Positions 20,182 through 33,000 of a stretch of 64,000 nucleotides of DNA are shown piece after piece. The DNA comes from Hydrolagus colliei (taxonomy: Eukaryota): contig CM068762.1 of NCBI GenBank assembly GCA_035084275.1, positions 8,370,001 to 8,434,000 of the forward strand, in the 5' to 3' direction. The position numbers and the translations under genes are program-made. How positions within the stretch are numbered: position 1 is the first letter of the stretch; every line of letters starts with the position of its first letter. The notes below the pieces were generated by a model that searched no databases, was not told the origin of the DNA, and worked only from the letters and a program-made list of their open reading frames with translations.

Positions 20182-23100
20182 ATGGGTAAAACACATTTCC
20201 CCACAGAAGTAGTCATCAATCTTAATTTGAAGCAAGAACAACCATATTATAATTTACCTAAACTACTTTTAAAAAACCCAATTAAAAACAATTTCCATGT
20301 ATTTAGATCAGGGCTAATATAAATTCCATTCTACCTGTCTGACAAATTTCAAATACAGCTTTGATATTTAGGAAAATAAAATTCAGAACCATTAAGCAAT
20401 GATATAGCGATTTATTATAATTTGTTATATTAACATCAACCACAAAATGTCCAATTTATGATGAAGTACACAATTGACAATATGTATTTTCATTCATTAT
20501 CTGTATAATACTATTTTCTGGTCTAGCTGTTGACACACTGAAGATACAAAACAATTTAAATTTATTTAACACATTACATGTCTCGGAAAGTGCTGCAATA
20601 GTACAGATTACATTTAAATTCTTTTGGAAGTAAGGAACTCAATTGTATCACCAGAAAGACATAATTGCCATTCTAAGATGGCAATGATGTACAACACCAA
20701 AAATACAATTAGCAGGTATTAAATATTCGAATATAAGTGGGAAAAAAGGTTCAACTACCCTATTCCCCATACTCCACAGATCCTATGACATGATTGAAAT
20801 CTGTTATTTAAAAAGAACAAGGCCAACTTGTGCGAGCTGTATTTATTCTATTAGGATCAAAATAGTTTTGTGTAGTTTAGTAACACAGAGAAGAAACCGA
20901 TTTATACTTATTCCACAATGCTTGGAATCTGACCTGAAATACAAATGTACGATTTCACTGATCAAGTGACCAGCTGTCAATTCATTGCCAATGTAAATAT
21001 AAATGTAGCACAGATTACACTGGTCCTGATAATCCACAAATGTTTCAATTTAAATTTGAATGTTATTGAAACGTTAATATTATAGAAACTATTATTTGTT
21101 TTAAAAAGTTGTACTGTACTTTGCTTTATTATAGAAAGTGGCTTATGTTGAAAGAAACAAAGACATGTGTTTGTTTACTTAACATTATCCCTAACTTTAC
21201 ACATTTTGTGGAGTGTTTGTTTATAAATACATAATCAAATAGAGTGAATCATTATTACTTGTATACCACCTGATGTAAAAAATAAAACGCTTCTCCTTTG
21301 ATAGCAAGTACACTGCAAAATAACAGTTTTAACGTATCTCTCTACTAGTGCACAATTCAGCAGGTTGGATTCCATGTAATCCCAATAAGTTTAGATTTCC
21401 TTTCTTGGATTCTTTGGGTTTATGGTCAACAATAGGAGAACGGAGAAAGATTGCTGATCTGTAGTATGACTATGTCTTTAACAACAACTTATATATACTT
21501 ACATAACTCCCTGCATGCAGGTTAGTGTTTCAAAGTCCTCCAACAGTCATGTTGCCGGAGAAAATATTTATTCAAAATAAAAACTATCGTGGAACAAAAT
21601 TACAAATTCAATTCACTGTCGTTCTTCAATATAATTTTTCACTTCTGCAAAACTATATGCCATTGATGATCTTGTTCACAACTGTAATGCAGCCAAATAA
21701 AACACAAACATAATGGTATTAAGACAAGGCAGGAAATATATAATTATGCATCAAGTTCACTTTTATTTGTAAGATTCATGTGTTGATTCCTCAATAAGGA
21801 TACAAACATCATTAAGTACTGTACTTGCAAAGACATTAAAGTAAATTTCATCCAAACTGAATCAGGTTGTTCTACCCTTTGATAGGATGACTTTGCTCTG
21901 AGAAACAGGAAGCTAGAAACTAAAACAGTCTGGGGTATTGGATAAGACTGGCAAGATAAGAGTAGTTTTTCTTGGTTTTATCAAGAGTAATTCATGTTAT
22001 TGCTGGCATAAGCATCACAATACAGTATTAGCATTTGCCACTTTACCCCATTGTCTGATGTATTGGTGAACAATAGGAACTTGCTTCATATAGTAAGCCT
22101 ATTCTGTAACTATAATGTCCTTTCATTACTATGGTTACTAATCTTGAAAATATAATTGACTCAATTTAATATTTGGGGAATTCCATTATAGACTGTAGCA
22201 GAATAATTACTATCCCGAAGTTCACAAAAGGGAATGAGACAGGATTTGGGGGAAATTGAAGCTCTGCTAGTTTATGGTAGAGTAAATGGTTAAACTGGCT
22301 TTGATACTGGTTGTTAATATTGAAAAGCTGCTTCACATTTCAATGAACCCCATTGCAACTGCCATAAGCAGTCGTGGGACTTGTTGGCATTCTTAAATTA
22401 ATGCAAACTCAGATAGTGCATTATAGGGCAGTTTTATTAAGTTAAGTTTCTCTATAGGTATTGTGAAATTACTTCTTACAAATAAAGGATCATCATCACA
22501 TGGCACAAGAGTAGATTCTACAAATCTATAATCTTGACCCATTTTAGAAAAATAGTTTGGGTGATTATTGTTGTACGGCTACTTAATTCTGGGTGACATT
22601 GATGTTCAAATATTTCACTATTACTCTTCTCAATTTACATCATCCATATTTGATTGTCTCCAAAACATAATTGTGTTTGCTAACTTAGATATCCTTGTGG
22701 ACTCATAAAAGGTAATTTGAGACGTTTCTGACATGAAAGGTGCTACATAATTAAGTTAATCAGGCAATTTAGTGGAAGGAATAATTTGATTACATTATAC
22801 AAATTTTAGTTTGGGTATGTAAGGTTTCTAAATGGGCATTTTAAGACTTTTTTAAAGTCACAACTCAAATTAACATATTTGCAATCTTTGCAGCAACATG
22901 GTTCGAAGTTTCACCAACCATTATGCAACTACGGAAAAAACACTTGACAAATAATACTTGCTTCATGTAGCGCCTTATCTTAAAAGTGCTTCACAGCATA
23001 TACTGCAAAATGGTGCGACTGTATTTTTTTAATCATAAATCCACATTAAAATAAGTACAGTAATGGAAAATGTGAATGATACCTTTATGAATCCATTTAG

Positions 23101-23829
23101 AAGAGAAATTACCTGGTCAAATTGAATCAGTGATAAAAGGGTTATCGTTTCAAATACAACTGGATAAGTTACTTCAAGCTACTCAATTGATACAGGGATG
23201 ATTTTTGTACAGAGATATTACATAACTTGTCTATTGATCAATGCAGGAGGAATGGAAAATAAGAGGGATTTGGCCATTAACATAAACGTGAGTTCAACTC
23301 AAACACAGCAGGTGTGAAATGTGTTTACGCGTTGCCTTAGAAACTATAACAGTAAATAAACATCATATTCCAGTTGGCAAACTGTTCACTGGGAAAGAGG
23401 GTCAGTCGTTTCATTTGGTGGGGGAAACAAACACCCACCCAATATTATACCAAAAAATTAAGCTTGCCCTGAGCGGGTTGTGTAAGATGATCTATTTTTG
23501 ATTGCGTTTTGACTGTTCTAACGGGTCTGTTTCCAACCACCTCCGTCCAAACAGACAAACGAGCCTTTCTCGGCACTGATTCTGCATGAGTCTTTTTTGT
23601 TTTGCTTTGCAGTGGGTGCCCGCACAACCCCATCTTTAATCCAAGTTAAATTCAAATCGATTCGCTCGTACAACAGCATATTCTGCGAAGCGCCTCGAGA
23701 CGCCTCGAAGGCGCAATATCAAATGCAAGGATTATTATTATGATGAATAATACTATTATTATTATTATCAACACGCAGCCACCCTCGTGAAGACTGCGTG
23801 TTGTTATTTGTGACGGTTGGTGGTGCGGG

Positions 23830-25650
23830 GAGTGAATTAATACACGACGGGAGGAACGTGTAGGGGGGGGGGGGACGGGGGACACACGCACAACGAGCAG
23901 GCGAGAAGAGCTGCAAGAAGATGGCGGGGTGGAGAGGAAAGAGACAGTGAGAGAGAGAGAAAAAAAGAGTTGATGGGTGTGAGGTGTCGATCTGATGCTT
24001 TTGCGGAGGAGGAGGGGGGAGAGAGGAGGGAGTGGGAAAAGAAGGGGTAGTCGCTAAATCCGTTGGGCCGGCGGTGCAGCAAACACCAGACCATCGATCG
24101 ATCAACAGCAACTCACTCGCTTACTCAATAGCTAACTGATTTAACCGACAATCGCTCGCTATCTGACTCACGGGTCCTGTAGCTATCGCTGGTAATGGCG
24201 GCACCGCTGCTGCCGTTGCTGCTGCCGCACGGGGTTTCCGCGTCTGCTCGGGTCATACGCAGGGGCGTGTCCGGTCTATGATTGAAAGCGGCTTTTTTTT
24301 TCCCTTTCTCTCCCCCCCCCCCCCCACTCCCCCATCACCGCTCCTCTCCTCCTTCCCTCCCCCCCCCCCCTCACTCCCACCAGCACCCATCCCCCCTCCT
24401 TCCCTCCCTCCCCCCCCCCCCCCTCTCTCTCTTTCTGCTTCTCTCTCTCGCTCTCTGTGTTTTACCAGCGACAAGGGTCCGCGTTACCTTTAACGCTTAG
24501 TTCAAACATTTATTTAAAACTTCTCCTGACGAACCACTCTTGTGTGTATGTGTGTGTGTGTCTCTCTCGCTCTGCTGTCGACTTTCTCCTTCGCCCTCCC
24601 CTCCCAACCATCGAACCATTCCTCCGGGCGGGCGCACTATGAAGCGCCCCGAACGAAAAGGACGACCTAGGAGCCGACCGATCGCCGAGAATTCATAATT
24701 ATCGTGTGCAGGGCAGCGGGGAGCGGGCGGGGGGTAGACTTCACTCTCTACCCAAACCCGTTTCGCACAAAACAAGGTAATGGCCGTTTCCCCCCCCCCC
24801 GCACCACCTCTTATTCGAACGCGTGTTCGTTGTCTCTCTCTTAGTTTGGCTGTCTCCCTCTCTCGCTTTCCTCCCCCCTCACCAACCCCTTCCCCGTGGG
24901 GCGCCGCTCGCAGGCGATAACGCGCTCCGGTCAGCCGTTAGAGGTCTGTCATTAATATGCGTTGTTGTGGGCAAGAGCCGCCATCTTGTTCTCCCTCCTG
25001 TCGACTCTCTCTGTCCAGCCGAACCCGAGGGGGGGGGGGGTGGGGGGGGAGGGGGGAGAGGGGGGCGTGGCGTATGGCTAAAGCCCCGCCCCATATGCGC
25101 CCCTATTGGTCGCTCGTGCACTGGTGGGCGTCGAAGCGACGTCACCGCCACCTCCTATTGGCCGGCGGAGCTGTCGGTCATCCATCATTCGCGCCGCGCG
25201 CTGGTGAGTGACCGTTGGTGAGGCAGGAGGGGAGGGCAGGCAGGGGGCAGGGACACGCCGTCGTGTGAGAGAAGAGATTCTAGAACATTCTTAAATCAAC
25301 CGAGGGAGGAGAGTGGCGAGTGGTTAGGCGGCGGGAAGGGTGGGGGTCCGACGTTGGTGCCGGCCAGCATCGCCGAGAAGCCGATACCGAACCGTGGGGG
25401 AGTGTGTGTGTGGTGGAAGAGGGGGTGGGTGTTATGTTGTGTTGCGCTGGGGTGGGAGGGAGGAAGGGAGGGTAGGCAGGCTCATTTCAAACAGGCCCCG
25501 ACAATGATTTGCTGCAGAGACGTCAGTCACCTCTGGACCCCTCCCCCTCCGTCCCTCCCGTTTGTTCTACGTCATCGAACAGCTGAGTTCGATGAGACAT
25601 GTGGATCAGATGCGCCGCCCCCTCATCCCCCCCCCCCCCCCCCCCCCTCC
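23830..25650. promoter_or_regulatory. BRPF3: CpG-island promoter / non-coding first exon(s) of BRPF3
   Basis: Abrupt GC/CpG enrichment about 3 kb upstream of the first coding exon; YY1-type AAGATGGCGG at 23918 (+) and 24978 (-); GC box about 25084; two ATTGG (CCAAT) boxes about 25105 and 25156; CRE-like GACGTCA about 25138; strong donors after 24776 and 25203. Confidence 0.8.
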
Positions 25651-25711
25651 TCTAACCTCACTTTCCCTCTCTCACACAGTCACACTCACAGAGTTACCCC
25701 CTACCACACTT

Positions 25712-26021
25712 GTGGATTCCTGTGGCTCGGTGGTTAGAACACTTACAAGCGTGAGATACCTGTGTTTCGAATCCAGGCAGGTCAGGGCGAAACCTTGGGC
25801 AAGTTTTCTTTGCACGCCTAATAATAATCCCTCCAACCCCCCCCCCCCTACAATAATAAGGTTGGTCATTTCAATCCACTGTTTCTGGGACTCTACTGTG
25901 CGCAATTGGCTTCCGTATTTCACCCACAAGTATTCAGTCAATTTACTTTACAGTATATTCTGTGAAGCACTTTGAGACGGCTAGAAGACATGGAAAGCGC
26001 TATATCAAATGCAAGGATTAT
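25712..26021 (+). mobile_element. Full-length short SINE
   Basis: A/B boxes, body and tail match family. Confidence 0.9.
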
Positions 26022-26380
26022 TCTAGTCCCGAAGCACTTATGGGATGTCTCCTAAAATGTGATAAGGCACTATATCAAATACAAGGATTATTAATATTAT
26101 TCTTTAGCAACTTGACAGTGAAAAAACCCCTCAACTTTTGTAATGAGCTTTATTGTGTGTGTATTGTCACAATGTTATGTTTGTATTTTCTCATAAGATA
26201 TTTCTTTTAAAAGGTAAACTATGGCATACAGTAGATAGGTTCCCTATATCCAGTATATATTACACGCACATAATTGATTTTACTGTTGTGATCCTTGTTG
26301 ATTGATTAGATTAGAAAAATGATCAGGTTTATGGAATATTCTTACCTGGAAACTAAAAAGTTGTGAAATAATTCAATCAT

Positions 26381-26742
26381 TCTGTAGCTCAGTGAGTAGA
26401 GCACTCAACAACAACAACAACAATTTACATTTATATAGCGCCTTTCACGTCGGGAGGACGTCCCAAGGTGCTAAACAAGAGGCGTGTGACTCGCCTTGCA
26501 AGCGAGAGACCTGGACTCGATTCCCAGCAGGGCGAAACCTTGGGCAAGTTTCCTTACTCCACATGTCTGCTGATAATCACTAAAGAAAAAATAATGATGA
26601 TTTTGTCACTCAATCCATGACTCTGTGTGGGACACTGCTGCCGGTTTCGCCCACCAAATATACAGTTAATTCACTTTGCAGCATATGAAGTGCTTTGAGA
26701 CGTCAATAAGACTACAAAAAGTGCTATATCAAATCCAAGGAT
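26381..26742 (+). mobile_element. Short SINE interrupted by an antisense L2 tail (26407-26488)
   Basis: Head split after gcactc; resumes at actcgccttgcaagcgagagacc. Confidence 0.85.
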
Positions 26743-28677
26743 AAACTACAGTATTGTAATTGCATTTTATTAGTGCATATGGTTTACTCCCTTTTTAACT
26801 TTAGTAGAGGAAAAATAATTAGCATTATGTAGTGCATAATAATCCCAATATTAAAAATTAAAGTTGTACTTCAAAAAATCTTAACTTCACAGTAAAGAAC
26901 AACAATTATCCTATTTTAAAATGTCTGCATATACATTTCTCCAAATAAAACCTGCAATCTTCTGATGTGAACAATTGGATGTGTAATTTACATTATGGTT
27001 TAAATAACTTGCTGTATTATGTAATGTCTATTGTGCATATTATGGCCATGTATTACTCTCATGATATTTATGGTTATAAAATAAAGGAATATTATTGGGT
27101 AGCCTAAAATTAAAATTGGAATGATAATACGCTAAAAGAGTTTTCATTTATGTAGCATGACCATAATTAGTATTTTTTTAGTTTTGAAGCAATATTTCAA
27201 GAGGTAGATAGCATCCCACTTAATTGTAAACTAGATTTCTTTATATCATATATCAGAATTGTTGAGATGTGAGAATTTGTTTACAGTAAAGCATACATAT
27301 GTAATAAAAATAATAATAATTACCCTTGCCCTTCAGATTGATATGTCAATAAAGATTGAACTAACTTGCATAAATGGATTTCTGAAATCCGAAAGTAAAT
27401 CTAGCAACAGTTCAGAGAAATAACAACATTTGACATCCCAGGGAGCAATGCCTACTGCTGCTAGATGAGAAAAGCATATGCCCACTCGCTTACAAAAGAT
27501 CTTTTGCCTTAATGACTGATGTAGTATTTGGATTCTTTAGTCCAGCCACAGCAATTATTTAAGTGACCTTTATATGTAATAATCATATCTTCAACATTTT
27601 AAAATGCTGAATTCTGCCACTATCATCTCAATGCTAGTGGATCAAGCCCAGTTTTGCATTATCCTCTTAATATAACATTTTGAATTCTGGAATGATTTGT
27701 CACCCTTTGAACTTGCTGTAAATTAACTTAATTACCATTGAAGTCAAATATGTACCGTACATTGAAGGATATAATGTATTTGAAGAACTGTACGTCCACA
27801 TAATGTAATTTTGTTGTTGTTACTGGCAACCATTGCACTTTATGCAAATAAGCTCATAGTCTGTCTTATTTGAGTTTTCAAAAGTACAGTATCTACATTG
27901 TTTTTTCACACTTGTGTAATCTTGTGATATTTAGGACAAATCTATCCCATTGTATAAATATTAACTGCTGGTGAGAATTACCCACAGGTTTTTAAAATGT
28001 GCTAATTATGGAATAAATTGGACAGATATTTGCAATCTGAGCAGAATAAACCAAATGTCAAATTGTATGAATTTACTTTTGTAATAACATTAGGTGGTAA
28101 TCCTTACATTTGATAGATATATTGGGATTTAATATCATCAAACCATCTTGAAAAGCGTCACAGAATTTAGTGTAATTATTTTACTATGTGTGGACAAATG
28201 CTTTTTCTTGGTACCTGTAATGATGGAATAGACTGGGATGGAGTACAATGAATGTGGCCTTGGGATATGAAATTTGTTGTTTTATTGCCCTGAGGATGAA
28301 TAGTAACTACTGGTCCTCCCAAGCCATCACACATACCTGACTATGTTAGAGGATCTTATTGTTTTAAAGAAAACAAAATCCTCATCAGTTAACAAAAATA
28401 CAGTGATTTACCTCTGGGCATTTTCTGTTTAATACTGTATTCTTTATCAGGTGGATAAAATTCAAAGCTTAGTAGACTAATATAACCTTTGGAAAAATGG
28501 GTCTCATTATATAAGACCAGGTTCATTTATGTTTGTATTTTAAATACAGGTTGACCTGTTTAAAGGGATGCATTGCATTCATTCAGTAGTAACAATATTA
28601 AATGAAAATGAGGTGTCTAATGACGGTTGTTTATATTCTGATTGTGCTTTTTCTGCTTCACAGATTGCACACATATC

Positions 28678-30056
28678 ATGAGAAAACCCAGGAGGAGGAT
28701 GAGAAATAGTTGTGGTAGACGTTCTCCATCCCCTTACGGACTTAAATGTTCACCAAGCAGAGAAACGCTGACATACGCTCAAGCACAACGGATGGTTGAG
28801 GTGGATATTGATGGCAGACTACACAGGATTAGTATATTTGATACTTTAAAGATCATCACCGAGGATGACTTGACTGCTCAAGAAATTACAGAATGTAATA
28901 GCAACAAAGAAAACAGTGAACAGCCGCTTTTTCCTTCGAAGTCTAAAAAGACAGTGATGTGCAAAGACAAAAGGAAAGAATCTGCTTCGAAACATGCAGC
29001 TGGAGCATCTGTTGAATTACCTCAACCTTCTTTTAGAATCATTGAATATAACCCTCCCGATGCCCCACCCCTACCGTCAGCATATTACAGATATATTGAA
29101 AAATCAGTGGAAGAACTGGATGGTGAAATTGAGTATGACATGGATGAGGAGGATCATGCATGGCTAGAAATGATCAATGAAAAGCGCAGAAGTGTTGCGC
29201 TTGGCACAGTGTCGCAAGAGACATTTGAGTGCCTTATGGACAAGCTGGAAAAGGAATCGTACTTTGAAAGCAGGAATAAAGGTGATCCACAAACTATAAT
29301 TGATGAGGATGCAGTTTGCTGCATTTGTATGGACGGCGAATGTCAGAATAGCAATGTGATACTCTTTTGCGATATCTGTAACCTTGCTGTACATCAGGAA
29401 TGCTATGGAGTGCCATATATTCCAGAGGGACAATGGCTTTGCCGATGTTGCTTGCAGTCTCCTTCCCGGCCTGTTGATTGCACCTTGTGTCCAAACAACG
29501 GTGGTGCTTTTAAACAGACAGACGATGGTCGTTGGGCTCATGTCGTTTGTGCTCTGTGGATACCAGAGGTGTGCTTTGCTAATACTGTGTTCTTAGAGCC
29601 CATAGACAGCATAGAGAACATTCCTTCTGCGAGGTGGAAACTTGTATGTTATATTTGCAAGCAGAAAGGCGCTGGAGCATCTATCCAGTGCCACAAAGCT
29701 AACTGTTACACAGCATTCCATGTGACCTGTGCTCAGCGGACTGGTTTGTACATGAAAATGGAACCAGTGCGAGAAACTAGTGCCAACGGGACAACTTTCA
29801 GTGTGCGAAAGACAGCGTATTGTGATATTCACTCCCCACCGGGGTCAGTGAAAAAGATTGTTGGATTAAGTGACAATGATGGCGAGGAAGAAGACCAAGG
29901 CAAAGATGATGTTCGAGATGGGGATAGTCCTAGGAAAACATCGCCTAAAAAGACCAAAGTAAAATCAAAACAAAAAACAAAAAAAATCAGAAACTTTCTT
30001 GAAGAACGCCGCGCAGCAGTGCCAGTGGTGACTGTACCACAGATACCGACTCACAG
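28678..30056 (+). CDS. BRPF3: BRPF3 first coding exon (EPC-N region, PHD1-Zn knuckle-PHD2)
   Basis: Acceptor cacag| before 28664, ATG at 28678, donor AG|gtgagt; CCICMDGEC...[14 protein letters not shown]...WLCRCC PHD motif. Confidence 0.97.
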
Positions 30057-33000
30057 GTGAGTGTTTTTGGATAAGCAATGACTATTGAAGAGGTTGTAAC
30101 AATTTATTTTGTTTAAACAAATTGTCATTTAGCCTGTAATCTTTTTCTTTTTTAAAAAGTAGGAAGATCATCTATTCATCCTGCTTTAACGTTTAAGGTA
30201 GTTTGTGACACCGGTTTTCCTTCAGATCGTGTTTTTCACATTCAGCAACGTGAGCGTGTTGCTGATTATGTCCGTTAAATAGATTCGAAAATTGCCTCAT
30301 GTTTTGCTCATGTGAGCTTGGATGATCAGTTGTTATTCCTTCAAGAAGCACCATATGCTACTAGACTCTTTACATCCTTCTATATTAAATTGTCCTGATG
30401 GATGAAAAACCATGGCTTCATCCACCCCAGAAGATTACAACTTCATTCTGCTTCCACAGGTGTATGGAGTGTGTGGAGTTATTGCTTCCTCTTTCAGCTC
30501 TGCCACATAATCAACAGGATTGGAGCTGTTTCTGGGTTCCTAAAAGCATAAGATTTTTGTTATTTTCTGGTGCAGAATCTTCAATTTCAACTGACTAATC
30601 TGAAAAAGGAAATTCACTGTTGTTTTACTAATACCAGTGCCACACTGCAGATTAGCTCTTATTTTGTTGTATGCCTTACTATTATATTATATTATGTTAG
30701 TATATTAAAGTTAAATTTCCATTGGATAAAATGTTTTATCTTGAAAACTTGCACCGATAAGGAAAATTTTCTTTATTGATAAGAAATATGTGCAGGTAGA
30801 ATCTGAGGCTTGCTGTTGACGGACCTTTTTTCCCCCCAAACACTTCATTATCCTAGAAGAAATCAGATGAATTATCAGCAATTCCTAGGGCATTTCAGCT
30901 CATTAGAGATGCTGCTTTTTGACTCAACATATTGTTTCTTGTGCAAGTTTTTAGAAAATCAACAGCAAAAATTTGAATTCGTATAGCATCCTCCACGCAG
31001 GGTAAAGGCTCTGAGCGTTTGAGTATTTTTGAGATAACCAAGTTTTTGTACCATCACTGTCTGTTTCATAGTTAGTCAATATGTTTTGCAACTGCAACAA
31101 AGACTTAAAGGAGTATAGGCAATATTTTCTGTCTTTGGTTAGGATGATTCATGAATAAAGGCACCGGTTGAGCTGAACATCTCTAGATTGTGCAATCGCC
31201 GCTTGCTGAAAATATGAGTTGCCAATAACGTTTTGCATTTTCTGATTTCTACTTATATCTTATATATCGTGCTGTTAACGGTCCTGTTGCTATGAGATAA
31301 GACATTACAAAAAGTTCTAATCTGACAATGAAAACAGAAACTATTTTTGTAGTATATAAATAATACACATTGGATTGATCTGATGTGGAGAAAGTAAGCT
31401 GCTTGTAATGCGGTCAACGTGATAAAAGTATCAGGCTAGTTCTGTAGACTATACAATCAATCTTTTCTCCATGATTGGATTTGGTAACATATCAATTTCA
31501 GTAAAAATATTGCCTCTCTCTTAAAAGGTGCTTGAATTCTATAGGTATCTGGTGGGTGAGTTCTCTCTACACATGTTAACCATACTGCTGTACTTTATAA
31601 GTGATGTCGTTATAAAATTTTGTTTTACTGCTTGCAATATTGCCTTTTCCATTGTTGTTGGGTTACTAAATCCTGACATGATTTATAAAAAACCTTTCCT
31701 ATATCCAACTAAATAGAACTGTTTATTTTAAATTGTTAAAAATATAAAGCTGTCTTTTTTAAGTACTTCTTCCTACACAACACAGGCACCAAATCCTTGT
31801 ATTTGATATAGTGCTTTTCTAGTCTCAAAGCTCTTCACAGGATATACTGTAAAGTGAATTGACTATATGTGGGCGAAACGCGGCAGCCAATTGCACACAG
31901 TGATGTCCCACAAAGAGTCGTGGATTGAAGTGACCAATTTGTTATTGTTTTTTTTCTTGAGGGATTATTATCTGGCGTAAGGAAACTTACCCAAGGTTTT
32001 GCCCTGCCGGATTCGAACCCAGGTTTCTCGCTTGCGAGGCGAGTTCTCTAACCACTGAGCTACAGAACTCTAACCACTGACCATGTATCCGGAGCAGCAG
32101 ATCAGCAGTTTTCAGTGACAACAGGGCTCATCTGTGTTTCAAAGAAGAAAAAGGAAGGAAAGCAAGAATAAAAGTTCACGGAGTTAAATCATATACAAAT
32201 GAGCAAAGGAATTTAAAGGTGGTGGCATTGTGGAGAAAAAAAGTCAATTAGTACCATTTCCCAAACCAATTTCAGTAAAGGCCCGTTTATCCGGACTTGG
32301 CCAATGCTGGTTAAAGTGCCTGCCGAATATTCAGGCGGCCTATGGCCGAAAACCCACCCACCAATTTTTTTAAGTTCTTTGAACACACACCATACACGCC
32401 CGACTAAATAATAACATAATAACAGAATATTGTATTGGTACTTATTGTTAAATCTACTCTCTTGCACTGATTGAGGTTTACAGGCCAGCAATTCTTTTTT
32501 AAATGGAGGACACCAAGTGGGTGAAAAAAAACGGCAGTACGATTTTAAAGTCTCGCGACTTTACTAACGACTTTACTAAAGCCCTAGACTCTACTAGCGG
32601 CAAACCGAAATACTACACCTGCACGACAATGTGGTTTATCGGCTAGCGTTATCGGCTTGCCGTAACTACGGCTTTAAAGTTGTGCTCCGTTCTTTTCACC
32701 CGCTTGGCGTGCTCCATTTTAAAAAGAATCGCTGGACTATAAACCTTAACCGCAGCATCATGGCTTCAAGCGCAGCATCTACTAGCAAAGGTGAGAAGCA
32801 CAAGAGAGTAGTTTTAACAATAAGTACCAAAAAATATTCTGTTATGTTATTATTTATGCATTTACAAATGTTCCACTGCTATTGTTCCAGATAAGTTCCG
32901 GTTTATCGAATGGGGACTTTATTTTGGCGTGCTGGTGATACGGAAGTGCTGGTTCATCGAGTCACGGATAGACGGGCTTTTACTGTACAATTGTAAATAC

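Noticed and set aside
24668-24776. N-terminal extension of BRPF3 from the exon ending at 24776
   Set aside because: In-frame TAG at 24668-24670 and no in-frame ATG between it and the donor.
23652-25737. Pro/Gly-rich ORFs across the CpG island
   Set aside because: Products of poly-C/poly-G low-complexity sequence with no recognisable domain.
28642-28677. ORF-track start of the 472-aa BRPF3 ORF ([12 protein letters not shown])
   Set aside because: It begins at a non-ATG codon in the intron's pyrimidine tract; the acceptor is at 28663/28664 and the conserved ATG is at 28678.
29164-29832. Antisense and alternate-frame ORFs overlapping the large BRPF3 exon
   Set aside because: Shadow ORFs of the coding strand; no recognisable protein features.
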